The notes under the pieces: model-generated
Databases searched by the model: none
The model's input: only the letters and a program-made list of their open reading frames with translations
Told to the model about the DNA's origin: nothing
Assembly: GCA_043228905.1 (NCBI GenBank)
Contig: JBHGNT010000013.1
Location: 7,688,001-7,752,000, forward strand
DNA from: Azolla caroliniana
Lineage: Eukaryota; Plantae; Polypodiophyta
Reading direction: 5' to 3'
Length of the DNA: 64,000 nt
Made by a program: the position numbers and the translations under genes
Part shown: positions 13,486 to 26,395 of the stretch, one piece after another
Layout of the letters: every line of letters begins with the position of its first letter
How positions within the stretch are numbered: position 1 is the first letter of the stretch

Positions 13486-14511
13486 TCAAACCCTAAGGAT
13501 TTGCAACTTGGAAGAGAAAGCAATAGCCACCCAATCGGTCTGCGTAGATGACCACTGGAGCTGGTTAATCTCAGCTCCTGCCGTGTATGCAAGAATGGGA
13601 TCAAGACCACCGTCAACAGGCTGACTTATAGATGACAGGTCCCAAATTAATGCCTGTGAATCATCACCAGCGGTGCAGATATGGCAAGAACTATGAGGTG
13701 CCCATGCAATTGCATTTACACTTGCTTGATGCCGTTGGAGCTCAGCTACTGGAATTGTAGGATATCTAATATCCAGCACTACTATCTTGGAGCTGTCCAT
13801 GAGAATAGTGGCCATATATCGCGGATCTTGCTTATTCCACCCCAATCTTAGGAGTGGTGTATCAGGTTGAGGACTTTCATAGATAATAGTTGAGTGCTCC
13901 TTGTCCCGGAGGTCAAACACTCTTACAGACCCATCAGCAGATACTGATGCAAAGACTCCAACTCCACCCCACGCAATGTCGTAAACTTCCTTATCATGTG
14001 CAATTAACTGGGTGTCGACAGCTTCCTTTTCGATGTCCCAAATCGTACATGTTGTGTCAATGCTAGATGTTCCAATTCTCTTAGGTTCAGCCTCATTCCA
14101 ATCGAACGAGGTCAGAGGGGCACAATATTCATTGTTCCTATTGTTGTTCATTATACTCTTCAGTTGGACCTTGTCATCATTTACTTGCCAAATACGAAGG
14201 AAGTCTCCAGTTGTTGCCAATAAGTCTGGCTTCTGGCACTCCTTATCAGGAACAAACATTATCTTTGTTGGAGGATAAGGATGTTCAAATGACAACTTAG
14301 GATCAGATTTGAAATCCCCCGTCTTCTCATCAAGCTGGACGATCTCGACTTTATTTTTCGGTTCCTCAACAAAGCTTCCTATTGCCAACCGGAACCTTTT
14401 GTCTTTCCTGACACTCCAATTCATTCCATATATCTGCCAGGATGCTTCATATGTATAGATTTCAGACCTCTTCTGTGATTCTTGGGAATATGCATCCTGG
14501 TCATTGGCCAT
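13486..14511 (-). CDS. LWD1: WD40-repeat protein, LWD1/LWD2-AN11-DCAF7 family (341 aa, intronless CDS)
   Basis: Intact ORF from MANDQD; [56 protein letters not shown]-terminal [15 protein letters not shown] are closer to LWD than to TTG1. Confidence 0.95.
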   Translation of the reverse strand: MANDQDAYSQESQKRSEIYTYEASWQIYGMNWSVRKDKRFRLAIGSFVEEPKNKVEIVQLDEKTGDFKSDPKLSFEHPYPPTKIMFVPDKECQKPDLLATTGDFLRIWQVNDDKVQLKSIMNNNRNNEYCAPLTSFDWNEAEPKRIGTSSIDTTCTIWDIEKEAVDTQLIAHDKEVYDIAWGGVGVFASVSADGSVRVFDLRDKEHSTIIYESPQPDTPLLRLGWNKQDPRYMATILMDSSKIVVLDIRYPTIPVAELQRHQASVNAIAWAPHSSCHICTAGDDSQALIWDLSSISQPVDGGLDPILAYTAGAEINQLQWSSTQTDWVAIAFSSKLQILRV

Positions 14512-14531
14512 TTGAGATGATCCCAATGAAA

Positions 14532-17102
14532 CTGTGTCACAAACATGAATTGAAGGGAAGTAAGCAGTGCAATAAATAATGATAAGTTGAGACTGCCCCC
14601 AAAACAATCAACATAAATATATGATCAAATATTATACACCACCAAGATCAATCAACTTAACCTAAATAAAGTTACATGTATTGGTACATATAAAATGCTT
14701 CAGAAAAAACTCACATAGAGTTTATTTTCAACTTTTCTTACTTTTTAGGACTACAAAATAAAATGGTTTTCATGATAGCATACAATTACTCGCATCAATT
14801 CCAAATCCTGAGTAGCAGAGAAATGCAGCAGCATCATAATATCATGACACCAATTATTGTACATCTTATGATATACAAAAATCACTATTAGTGGGTACAA
14901 TTTACCTGACTAATAATTTTTCTTTCTAAGGTTGATTTGAAATATATCCTCAGAAATTGTGATGGCCATACTGGCTAGTTTGGCTGGTTTATTAATCTTG
15001 AAGCTTCTAGTTTAAATGTTATGTTCTTTCTTCCATTTCATAATGGATATGAGTGTATTATTAAAGATTGTCCATCTTTCTAAAATAATCTTAAGAGGCG
15101 AAACCCCCCTTTACCTTCCAAATCACTTTCAATCACAACACTGTAGGATCCTGCAGGATCTTGTCTTATCACCAGGAACCACTTGTGAACCTAATGTAAG
15201 CAAGTAATAGTACATAGCACATGAAAGAAACTAATCTTTCCAAGAGAAATTTATTCAGGAAAAGAGGATCTCAAAATGCCAGTATGCATGCCTTTTTTTT
15301 ACTTTTCAAACATAAATATCGAATTTTGAGGGGCTTGCAAAACTATACTGTATTTGTTCTCTCTTTAATTATTAACCTCACATATAATAGACTTTGTCCT
15401 ACTCTATAAATATTTAAGATCTAATTAAGTATGGAGACTACAAAAGTAAAACTTTTGATGGAATAAGGGATTAATTTTGACAAGGTTTCAAAATCGAAAT
15501 TATTACGCTGAAACAATGACAGGAATTGTCTAAGTTTTTACCGCACATAAAACAAAAAGCCATGTAACATTTGAGGAGACTCTGAAAATTAACATTAATG
15601 ACAAACATATTAATATCTAGATAAAATTTTATGCCCATAAGAAGACACAGTAAAGGACCTTACTACATTATAGAAATGCAAATAGATGGGAGATAAATTT
15701 TCAATCAAGCATATGTGATAATGATTAACATAAAGGTTTGAAGAGCTTCAAAATTTTAAATGCTTTCAGAGTTTCCTAAAATCAAGAGCAACAACAAAAG
15801 CTCAAATGACAAGGGATTCAGGATTTTCTCACCCACCTGCCCAATCTTTCCATTTTTCTACTTCTATGCTATTTAATATCAAAGATGAGACTATGTAAGC
15901 CAGTTATGCCAATATGCATACTTTGAGGCATTGGATCGATATGAAGGCTGCTTCCATTATAAACAATTGTAATCAGCAAAAATCATTTCAAATAGGTGTA
16001 TGAACTTTTATTAGTGGCATTTGGATTGTAAAACTGTACCCCCACATTCATGTTGGAAAAGGGGTCTATCTTATTGACCTATGTATGGTCTCTCTCAATG
16101 TGAAACTTCTTCATCAAGTTCCTAAATAGGAATCGGAGCCTTCCCTCTTCACCGAAGACCCAGAATAGAATATGAACCAACGCATCCATAATGAAACAGA
16201 AGAAAAAGAGCATTTATAACATACACTCGTTCCCTAGCTCTATAACTTGATCTCATGTATCAATGGACATCATCTTTTGCACAGGATTCTTGCTTCATAA
16301 GATGATGTTTGAATTATCCTCTTAACATGAACCTTACATGATAACTTCCAAGAAAATAAGTGCAAACACAGACACAATATCTCAAGTATATACTGAGAAA
16401 TAGTGCCCCATCAAGGAATAATGATGAAGCATTCAGGCTTGTATCTTGGCTGAGAATACTACTGTCACATTATAGGAATCCTGGAATCAAATTAAGATGG
16501 GAACAAAACCCGTTTTAAGCATACCTAGTGGGTGGAAAGTTTATTTAGTTCTAAAAAGTTCAGAGTCTTATTCTCAAGGTACAGGTGCATGTTCTTTCTA
16601 CAAAAGCATATCTGAATTAAACAAAAAAATACTCATTAATTCATGCAATTCAGGTTTGAGTAGCCACAAAAAATTGCGAGAAGTGTACAGGTAAATGTTG
16701 ACACAACCCATGCTGATCAGGAGACATGTACAAAATTTATCATGGAAAAAATGATTTAAGGCCTAGTTCTTACCCAATATTGAAGAAAATCAGAAATCTA
16801 ATAAATTGCTATCATTTTCTCCGAGGATACAGGGAAGGTAGAGTTATTATGAATTTGAAACACAGGCCGAAACATAACAAAATTACAGTCTGTATTAAAA
16901 GACAGATGCACAGGCATACCTTTGAAGAGACTAAGAGCGAGAGGGTATGGCCACAGCTCTGATGTTTTCTTCTTCTTTTTCTTTGATGATGATGATGGCG
17001 ATGGCGATGGCGATGGCGATGAAAGCAGAAGAGAGGAGAAGTTGTATGTTATGACTGAGGCGTCGCGCCCATCACAGTCAAAGGGGAGGGGAGGCCACAC
17101 AC
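14532..17102 (-). other. Probable 2.6 kb 5'-UTR intron of the WD40 gene; non-coding first exon ~17103-17200
   Basis: Minus CACAG acceptor 20 nt before ATG; CAG/GTGTGT donor at 17102; AT-rich, apparently TE-free interior. Donor choice is inferred. Confidence 0.55.
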
Positions 17103-17110
17103 CTGCGCTA

Positions 17111-17144
<34 letters not shown>

Positions 17145-17311
17145 GATCTTGATTTCCTCCTTCTTCTATCTCTATCTATCCACCAGAATACATATAAAAC
17201 ACAAAGGACAGAGTAAACTAGACTTACCCCCATAGATAGATACATAGATAGAGCATACCATACAATAACTAACATACATATGTACATGGTTTAAGGCAAG
17301 TTCCACTGAAC

Positions 17312-18470
17312 TGTGCCAACTGTGCCACAGCTCACACGCACGCTCTTGCGTCTTTCTCTCTCTTCCTCTCTATTACTCTTTGTACAGAAGCACTTCGTTA
17401 TGTTCTGCACAATACCACACATCGCTATGTTTGCCCTAGGTGTATTTATACTCATACAATGTATGGGCTATTTACAAACATAGCTTTCTTTATTATTATT
17501 ATCATTATTGATCTCAGTTGATCATCCGACTAATCGACTCCTATGTTGATTTTCCACTCAGCCCGACTAGCTGACTCCCATGTCGGCTATCCAGTCAGCC
17601 CGACTAGTCGGCCTTGTCTTCGACCATTCGGTCGGTCCGACTAGTCGGTCTTGCCTTTGACTTGGATCATCTATCCAATACTGTCAACTTTCAACGTCGA
17701 CTCTCTCTTGTCTTCAACTGTCGGCTCTTCTTCAGCTCGACTAGTCGGCTCCTCCCATAGGAGGGACATATTTCTAATAAACTCCCCCTTCACTCCTGTG
17801 GGAGGCAATCAACTAGTAAAGTCTTTTGTCGACAAACTCTGAGTCTGTCCATAGGTACGTTCTTGGTGAGCATGTTGGATCCATTTTGCCAGTATGGATC
17901 TTCACGACGGTAAACTCTCCTTCATCCACTTTCTCTCACAACCAACGATACCTTCTCTATATGTGTTTGGTCCGGGAGTGATAAGCATCGTTCTTTGCTA
18001 GATGTATGGCATTCTGACTGTCACAATGAAGTAATAATTCTCTTTGCTTCATTCCCAACTCATTGAGAAAATTTCTCATCCATATCAGCTCCTTGCCGGC
18101 CTCTACCGCGACCATATACTCTGCCCTTGTGGTCGACAAGGCCGTAGACTTATGCAGTCTTGACTGCCCTTGCATGGGTCATCACATAATGTGATGTGGA
18201 TCGGCTGGAGTCTACATCCCCCGACATGTCTGAGTGGGTAAACCCTTCGAGCATAGGTTTTTCGACACCATACCTGAGACACACCCCCGAGGTGCCTTTC
18301 AAGTACCTGAGTATCCACTTGATTGCCAACCGATGATCTCTTCCTAAATTGCTCATGTATTGGCTTATTGCTCCCACAACAAATGTTATGTCTGGCCTCG
18401 TACAAACTATAACATGCATTAAACTACCAACGGCTGAGGCATATGGTACTTCCCTCATCTCGGCCTTTAT
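17312..18470 (-). mobile_element. Ty1/Copia (Tnt1/Tork-like) 3' fragment: RT end, RNase H, PPT 17782-17789, 3' LTR
   Basis: VPYASAVGSLM..CTRPDI, KWILRYLKGT, LHCDSQNAIHLAKN..HSRTKHI; AGGGGGAG PPT; LTR with CCGACTAGTCGG palindromes; outer boundary approximate. Confidence 0.8.
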
Positions 18471-18753
18471 CTTCTATTGAGAAACAAACTCAACTTCCCA
18501 TGAGTGGGAACACACTCTAGGATACTCAAGTGTGTGAACACCCCACCTCCTTGTATAGTAACTAGTGTGTCATAGAAACTAATGTCCTATGACACATATT
18601 CTTTAAGTATTTAAGACCTCTTTCCCAAGAGGCATTACTAATAAGAGAACTTAGAGAGAAGGTGACTACATAAGCACATTCTCTCTCTCTTTGTAACTGT
18701 TGGTCATTCTTGCTTCCCTGTTATACAGTTTTCTAATTTTTTGTAATCGTGAG

Positions 18754-18786
<33 letters not shown>

Positions 18787-18982
18787 CACACAATTCTTCC
18801 GCTACACAGAATCCATCCGATTCTTTACATGGTATCAAAGTGCGTGGTTGCTTGATCGAAGCCCATCGCCTCTACCTATGATGTGCCCGACTCCGCATTC
18901 AACATAAACTGACTGATCACTATAGCAGCCATCTCCACAATTCGTACCAAGAAGAAGAAGACAAAGCTCAACATGAACACAC

Positions 18983-19633
18983 ACAGAAGTACTGACTCGT
19001 ACTTCAATGCTCATCAATGAGCCCCTACACTAACTCCCAAATATATATTCCTCTGCGAAATATCTATCCAATGGCCTCCTGGTTTACGCACCACTACGGC
19101 CTCTCGTTGCACACCCAGTCTACGCACTGGTTTACGCACCCAATGTTGAGCTTGTATATCAACACTCCCCCTCAAGCTCAACTTGAGGTTCCGCTTGCTC
19201 TTCCGGATCTTCGCTCCGGCTTCACACCTTGCTCGCGCTCCTCGACTCGTTCGATTCCGCGCGCCTCGACCCTTTCGGTCGGCTTGTCTACTCGTGTGGC
19301 CTTTCTCAGCTCCCTTGTTGTCGTGGTGTTGGCGCCTCTTCCGCGGCGCTTTCCTCTGCTTGGCCTTCAGTTGATCGGCATCTCCAAATCAAACATTCGA
19401 ACCAAATCGGCTGTCTCTGATTCACTTCCGCTCTTGCCCGAATTGGTTATCGCCAATTCGTCTTCTGTCTTCAGGACCTTAACCACATCAGACCATGTCT
19501 TGGTCTTGGCCTTCTCACCCTTCTTGGCTTCATCTCCCCCTTGTTCGACTGAGTCCGGCTCTTCCCTTGGGTTGCTGCCCTTGTTTCTGCCTTTGACTTC
19601 TTCAGCCAACCCGAAATTGAATTCTTCATCCAT
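18983..19633 (-). mobile_element. Inverted Copia 3'-end fragment (partial LTR to 19164, PPT 19165-19172, C-terminal extension)
   Basis: Similar to 49670-50340 and to 1-330; lies within the gag of the plus-strand Copia. Confidence 0.8.
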
Positions 19634-20562
19634 GCGATGCCCTCGGGTCGATCAATGTTAGCATTGACGACGATGAAATGGTGTAGATTTGCCTCGAAGA
19701 CTTAACACCTTGGGTTTGGGGGCATTCGGTCGGTAGTCCTCACGAGGGAGAATCCTCCCTCCTTCTTCGATCTCTTGTCGATGTTTTTGGTCGAGGAGAA
19801 TCATGTTTGAACAAGAAGCAATGCACAAGAAGGACAAATGATCTATTCGAACTTCGATGGAGGAAGAGGGCAAGGTCGGGGGAGAAGAGGACGATTTGGC
19901 CAAGAGCAACCCCAAGAACACAACTTCTATTACCGACAAGACGTCTCAAACGCATGAGGCGAAGCATCCGGAAGAAGGGGGAACAATTAGGCCGGACCCA
20001 ACCGACAAAACAATCTCACTCAATGAGGATATTGTGGTAAATTCGGCCTCTATGAGGCAGAGTGTTAAAAAAAGAAGAGTGAGTCAGCCTCCACAAGCCG
20101 ACAACTCACAAACTACGCCTCCAACTCCGACTATGATAATCGTGGTAGAATGTTTGTGATGAGGCACAGAGCGCACTCGATGACAACCTCAAACTCGACC
20201 AACACCTCCAAACTAGAAGATGTATGGTTTGTCAACTCGGACGCATCGTGTCACGGACAAGTATAATAGAGTAGAACAAAGATAAGACTAGAGAACAAGA
20301 GAGAGTAAAAGAACAAGAACTCAACTTATAGAACCCGTAACTTGTGTTGTTCACCTTGATTAGAATCAAGGTGCACATGAGTATTTATACAAGAAGGTAG
20401 GGCTATGTAAGCCAGCTAGAAATAGAGTATGCATGAGGATGCATGCAATAGAGAAAGCATGATGATGCATGCAAGCTAGAAAATGAGAATACATGCAAGC
20501 TAGGAACTTCCAATGTTCAATCTACACTATATGAAGTTGAATTAAATATAAAGATGCATATG

Positions 20563-20617
20563 TAGCTCAAGTGGTAGGGTTGCCCAATAGAGACCATGAG
20601 GTCTTGGGTTCAATCCC
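20563..20617 (+). promoter_or_regulatory. tRNA-like Pol III A box/B box in the chromovirus 1 LTR (second copy 42251-42305)
   Basis: TAGCTCAAGTGG ... GGTTCAATCCC at tRNA-like spacing; no full cloverleaf. Confidence 0.7.
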
Positions 20618-21050
20618 TACCTTCTTTCGTGGCATATGTCTATGACATTATCCTCCCTCTAAGGCCGCCACCTAACACCCGCAATTGGTTTATGGGGTAT
20701 CGTTGATGAAAAGCGCGAATTGCCTCCGGTGCATTTTGTAAATGTGTAATTGGTTCCCATGTGGCATCCGAAAGAGGGTAACCTTTCCATAAGACCAAGT
20801 ATTGAAGTCTCCCTCGACGCAAGCGAGAGTCGAGGATCTGGTCAACCTCATATTCCTCACCTGTCGATAATTACACGGGCAGCGGCGGCGGAGGTTGTTG
20901 TCCCGGAATGCGAGAAGGATGATAGAGTTCGAGGAGAGAGACGTTGAAAACATTGTGAAGCTGAAATGTGGGGGGAAGCGATAACCGGAAGGCGACTGGG
21001 TTAACGTGCTCGAGGATACGGAAGGGGCCTAGCTTTTTGTAGTCGAGCTT

Positions 21051-21513
21051 CGCGACCTCTTTCTCTCTCTGTACAACGTTACGCACACAACTCTCGTGCA
21101 AAACAGAAAATGACAACTACCGCTCAAAGTTTGCCCTAAGTCATATTTATACTAATATGACTTTTCGGCTATTTACAAATATAGCCTCGATGGGCTCTCA
21201 GAAACATATTTACAAATATGTCTCTTCCTCCGGTTCTGCACCATCCGGCTCTCCGTAGCCGGGTACTCCTCATCCGGTTCACACCGGGCCTGCACCATCC
21301 GGCTCTCCGTAGCCGGGTACTACTCATCCGGTTCATACCGGGTCTGTATCATCCGGCTCTCCATAGCCGGTTACTACTCATCCGGTTCATACCGGGTCTG
21401 TATCATCCGGCTCTCCATAGCCGGGTACTCCTCATACCGTTTCGGCCTCGGCCGAGTTTGTTCGTCGGCCCTGTTCTTCTCCCTTCCCATCCGGAGGGAC
21501 CTGTCTCCCAACA
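21051..21513 (-). mobile_element. LTR fragment of another family with a 54-bp tandem repeat (~21236-21440, about 3.7 copies)
   Basis: Begins TGTTGGGAGAC on minus; unit CATCCGGCTCTCCGTAGCCGGGTACTCCTCATCCGGTTCACACCGGGCCTGCAC. Confidence 0.7.
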
Positions 21514-24121
21514 GAAGAGAGATATGAACATGTCGTCGACTAGGCTTGTTCCCTGCCAAAGCACCCACCCGCGGGACAAATCCCAGACGTATGCATCAAC
21601 CAACCAAGGTTGACACTTGCGGAAAGGGAAAATTGTAGAGATGCGGAGACATAGAAATGACTCTAACGAATAAAGAAGATTACAAAGATCGCAAGAATAC
21701 AACCGGCAGCCGGTATCTAACCCAAGAGAAAATAGAGAATGAGTGTGGAGCCCCTAACGGAAGCGCACGGGCTTTCACACAACAGAGGCGATTGCCACAA
21801 AGATCTGCAGATGACAACTAAAGATAGAAGGAGGAGAGAGAGCTCAGTTCCCGGACCGACAACACTTCGTCCTCACCCCAAAACGTGAAATCCTTTAGTC
21901 TTCTCCCCTCCCCTTATATAGGCAACTAGGGAGAGACCGTTACAGAGATTCACAATGAATTCCTAGGTAATTAATGCGCACAACCTAGTATATATTTACA
22001 TCAGTCAAATAAATCCTAAATATGTACAAGTTAATAAATCATGTGCACACGTGTAAGGGCCAATTCACGCATATATCCCTTGGATTCCTTCTATGGCCGG
22101 TTTTCTCCACAACATCCACCCCCGCCAAATTGTGCGTCCACCGGCACACGCCAAGACAGCCACCGGAGAAAACCACTTGTTCACGCCTCGCTCTCCGAAT
22201 CCTCGCACCCTCCAATCCGATCGTTACCATCGTCCACGTCTTCTAGAACCAGCTCATCCTCGTATCGCTTCTTGAACGCCTTGACCCCGCTTCCCGGCTG
22301 CCGGCACCGCCAGCCGTGTCCCGTTAAGCTCCGCAAGATGATACGTGCCATTATCGTTCGCGCTTATCACCGTGTAGGGCCCGAACCATCGCCTCAAAAA
22401 CTTGTGCACTGCCTTGTGCTGATTGTCGAGGCTACTATCATACACCAACACCCAGTCACCTTCCTCGATCTTCTTTGGTCGCAACCGGTGTATCCGGTCG
22501 AACCGGCCTTTGTTCCTTTCCCTTGCCATACGTAGCTTCTTCGTTGCCCGATCCACATCCTCCGGCCTCCGCTCAAGTTGTCATATCCGTGCCGCCAATA
22601 GCTCCTCCCGGCTCATCTCGTTTTTCCAATTTATCGCCGCCCACGACGAGATTGTACGCTCCACCGGCATGACTGGCTTCTGCCTTTTTACATACATCAG
22701 TTTCGCCGGCATGAACCTTGTTACCGAACTGTGCGTAGTCCGGTTTGCCCACAATGCGTAAGGAAGGAGCCGTGGCCAATTCCCCACTTTGTCTCCACAT
22801 GCGCGCACCAACGCCTTTACAACCGACCCGTGCCCATGTTCTACCTTTTCGTTCGCCTCTGGATTGTATGCCATAGTGAGAGAGAGCTTGATCCCTAACC
22901 GGTCGAACAACTCTTCGACTTCTTGCGTATCCAGCTCTCCCCGATCTGCCACGATCTTTCCTATGCACCCGTACCGACACACCACCTCCTCGATTAAGAA
23001 TCGGCACACCGCTGCAATTGTCATGTTCTGTAGTGCGCGGCCTTCCACTTGGTTCATTAAGTCCTCTCGTGCAAGCACCAGGTACCACATCTTCCCTACC
23101 CCCATCGGCATCGTTAGTAAGTCCACCATCCATTTGAAATGGACCGTAGGTGGGTAGGTTGGGTGAAGCTCGTCTCGGTGTCGGATCGTGGAGTGCAGCT
23201 GATAGTTCTCGCATGTCGTCACGAACCGGTGCACATCCCGGTACAGCCCCGCCACCAATACTTCTCTTTCAACTTCTCGAATGTGGCCCATGTCCCGTGA
23301 TGTCCGGCCCAGAGGCTCTCGTGGTAAGCCTTCAATAGCGCGCCCTGCTCTCCCTTCTTTATCACCACCTAGAGTGGCATGCCGCCCTTCTTCTTTGGGT
23401 GTTTCCATATGCTTCCTTCCCATAGGAAAAATCGGTAGGCCTTCTTTCGGATCCAGTGAGCCTCCTCTCTCGTCCATATCGTATCCGGCATCATTGTCTG
23501 TAGGAACCTTCCAATTTGGAGCCACTCCCTGTTGTACTCGCTCTCGCGGAACTCGTTAAGCGCTGGAGTGCTCCCTACCCTTGTCGTCACGTTAGCCGAC
23601 CCGAAGAAGTTATCGCCAACTTCTTCGTCATCTGAAACCATGCCGTCTTCATCGTTAAACTGCGCTCTAGAAAGCATATCGGCCATGGCGTTATCCTTTC
23701 CGGAGATGTGCCGTATCTCCGGATCCAAGGACTTGATGTATGCGATCCACCTGAGCATTGCTAGGTCCGGAGTCTGTTGATGGGTGGGGGGTGAAACCTA
23801 GAATGGCTTCATCCCCCTCCCAAGGGGGTTACGTTAGAGAGAAAGAGAGAAGTAAAGAAAATAGAGAATGACACAAAATGAGAGGGGGAAAATTGTATAT
23901 CTCATTACATGCCCCATAGGGGGTTTATATAATACATCCAATGTAACGGTTACATGACCGTTATAAATAAGACCGTTATACATTCTTGTACACATGCACA
24001 TAATTGTGCATGTGTCCATACACATACTCATCCTCAAACACTCATTTACTTTACACATACACATCAACCACATCATTACCAATACCCTTATACCTCCCTG
24101 TATATTCTTACGGGTAACACA

Positions 24122-24160
24122 TGGCACGCTTGTGGGACAGTGCATTGCACGGTGAACCCA
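24122..24160 (+). promoter_or_regulatory. tRNA-Arg-type PBS plus hairpin and T-arm-complementary box
   Basis: TGGCACGCTTGTGGGAC-A-GTGCATTGCAC-GG-TGAACCCA, 2 nt after the left LTR. Confidence 0.8.
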
Positions 24161-24559
24161 CTCGCCATGACAACTCTTCTCGACCGGAACTCCATCGGTC
24201 GTCTCAACAGTCGGAAATCCCTCAACCGGATCACTGCTCTACGATCAATAACTTCGATCAGAGCTTTGCTTGACTCGAACCTTCTTGTTCGGTCAACACA
24301 AGTCGCGATTGGATCATACACCAATCGGCTAGTTCACTGTGGCATGGGTTGTGAAATCGTGTTGTGCATTTGTGTATTCTTTCTTTCATCATGTGGAGTG
24401 AGTTTTATATTTTGTACCCTTTGGTCTTTAAAATTTTGCCCTCAAATTTTTTGAAATTTTATTTTCGGCCCTTGTGTTTTCGAAATTCTGCATTCTTCCC
24501 TCCAATTTTTGAAATTTTCTCTTCATACCCCTCTTCTTTTTCTTTTTATGTCTTCGTCT

Positions 24560-25600
24560 TTTGCTTGGCTATCTTCGCCGCTGTCACTCGGCTGTACTCT
24601 TGGTCGCATATCTGGGTTGCACTCTCGACTGCACGTCTTGGCCGCGTGTCTCAACCGTCTTTTCGACCACGTGTCTCGGTCGTAGTCTCGACCATGCATC
24701 TCGACCGCGCTTCTCGGTCGTACTCTCGACCACACGTCTCGGCCGTATTCTCAGTCGCACGTCTCAATCGTGCTCTCGGCCACGCATCTCGGCGGTGCTC
24801 TCGGCCACGCGTCTTGGTCGTACTTCTCGATCGTGCATCTCGGCCATATTTTGGTCTGTGCGTTTCGGCCACGCGTCACAACCGCGCTTCGCTTCGACCG
24901 CATGTCTCAGTCGCGCATTTTGGCCACATGTCTCTGCCATGCTCTTGGTCGCATGTCTCTAGCGGCATCGGCCATCTCCGCGCCTTTGTGATGGGCCGAG
25001 TCTCTCATGTCCCCGGCCATCTCTTTGGCTCTCTTGGCTTCCATATTATATGTGAGAAGAGGAGTTGCTTCCCATAGTGATGTGTCCACCTCGCTATAGC
25101 TATGTTGTGCACCTTCACTTGTCTGTCTCTCTTTGTCTTCTTTTTATTTCTGATTCTTTCTTTTTTTTGTTTCGTCTCTTCACCTTCTTTCCCTTGTCTT
25201 CTTTTCTTCTTCTCTGCGTTTGTCTTCTTCGTTTTCCTACGTCCTCTTTTCCCCTTCCTTTCCCCTGCTCTACGTCCGACTCGTTCGGCCTTTTGTCTCC
25301 CCGTCAGCAGCCGGTTCGGCGGCCAGCTCTGTTGTTGTCCGCTCTGTCGAACTTCGGCCCTCGTCTTCTACCGCTTGCCCGATTACTGTCGGACTCCGTT
25401 GTCTCCGCCGGTCGTAGCCGGCAGTCAGTTGGCCACGCTCACCAGTCGTTGTTGTCCACTGGCCCTGTCTGTCCGGCGGCCATCTCTCTGTCTAGTTGCT
25501 TCTCTCGACCGACCTCTGTTTGCCTATCTCTCGGCCGGCTCTCGGCTCCCGGCCGTCACACGGTCGTACTCTCGGCCACGCGTGTCGTACTCTTGGCTGC
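24560..25600. repeat. Degenerate short tandem repeats (CTCGGCC/CTCGACC-ACGCGT units) around a CT-rich tract
   Basis: Recurring TCTCGGCCACGCGT-like words at 24560-25020 and 25270-25600. Confidence 0.7.
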
Positions 25601-25764
25601 ATGTTGGACGATGTTGCGAGCATACCCTTGTCGAAGCCAGATCATACTACTTTAGTGTCTTTCCCACCACCTACAAAGAATCTATGGAATGATGTCTGCA
25701 ACAACTACGAGTGGTTGTCTTCTGAGGAGGAGGGAGAGGTGGAATGGGTGTGCCGAGCAGAGGA

Positions 25765-25910
25765 TGGAAGACAATGTCCCTCTCTATGGTGTAGCAATCT
25801 CCTTCCTCCATGTCCATCGCTTTGGAGCTCGTTCGCATCAATCCATGAGAACTGACCTCTTCCTTTGTAGACCACAAATACTGGATCTATGTCTGTGTAT
25901 TGGGCTAAGC
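25765..25910 (-). pseudogene. Captured vicilin-like cupin fragment
   Basis: QYTDIDPVFVVYKGRGQFSWIDANELQ / MDMEEGDCYTIERDIVF across one frameshift resembles cupin-1 motifs 1 and 2 of 7S globulin-like proteins. Confidence 0.5.
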
Positions 25911-26079
25911 GAAAATGCACGCATTTCTCCTGCCTATGTCTTGATGACTAGGAGACATAGCTTCGGATGGGTAGGTACTGATCGAACTCCTGAAAACCAG
26001 ATGCGCATTTGAGATTTGGGATCTGAACGACTGCCATGGAAGCTCTCGCTGCTGTTGCGTCGACTTCCTCTGATGGATT

Positions 26080-26395
26080 TAATTAAAGTCTCAACAGAAA
26101 CAATGTCACCTTCAATGGTCATCATGATCTGCAACTTTTTTATTCCATAACGAATAGCTACAAGCTTTGATGCTCCCCCAACCCAATGAAGACCAGGCTT
26201 GGTAACACTCCGAACTGCTTCCTCGAGTTTTGCCATATTAGTTTCATCACCCCATGGCTTCACATCCAAGAGAACAGAGGACTTGCCACTCTCTTTTTTC
26301 TTCGTACTAGCTTTCTTCTCAGCTTCGCGTTCAGCTGCAGCTTCTTTTTCCTCTTCAGTTCCTTCCCAGAGAGATCCAGATCATCATCATCAGCT
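26080..26395 (-). pseudogene. Captured intronless elongation factor 1B (beta/delta) C-terminal fragment
   Basis: DDDDLDL ... [33 protein letters not shown]...[28 protein letters not shown] is the eEF1B GEF domain. Confidence 0.9.

Noticed and set aside
14512-14607. N-terminal 32-aa extension of the WD40 ORF
   Set aside because: It starts at a non-ATG codon, runs through the probable intron acceptor, and family homology begins at the ATG at 14511
16922-17152. ORF with poly-F/poly-D/CV runs
   Set aside because: Microsatellites at the intron start and 5' UTR of the WD40 gene
20555-20640. Functional tRNA genes in the chromovirus LTRs
   Set aside because: A and B boxes are present but I cannot fold a proper acceptor and anticodon stem; reported only as tRNA-like promoter boxes
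24364-25692. Long ORFs (237, 196, 196 aa) in element 3
   Set aside because: Products of low-complexity tandem repeats and CT tracts, with no recognisable domain
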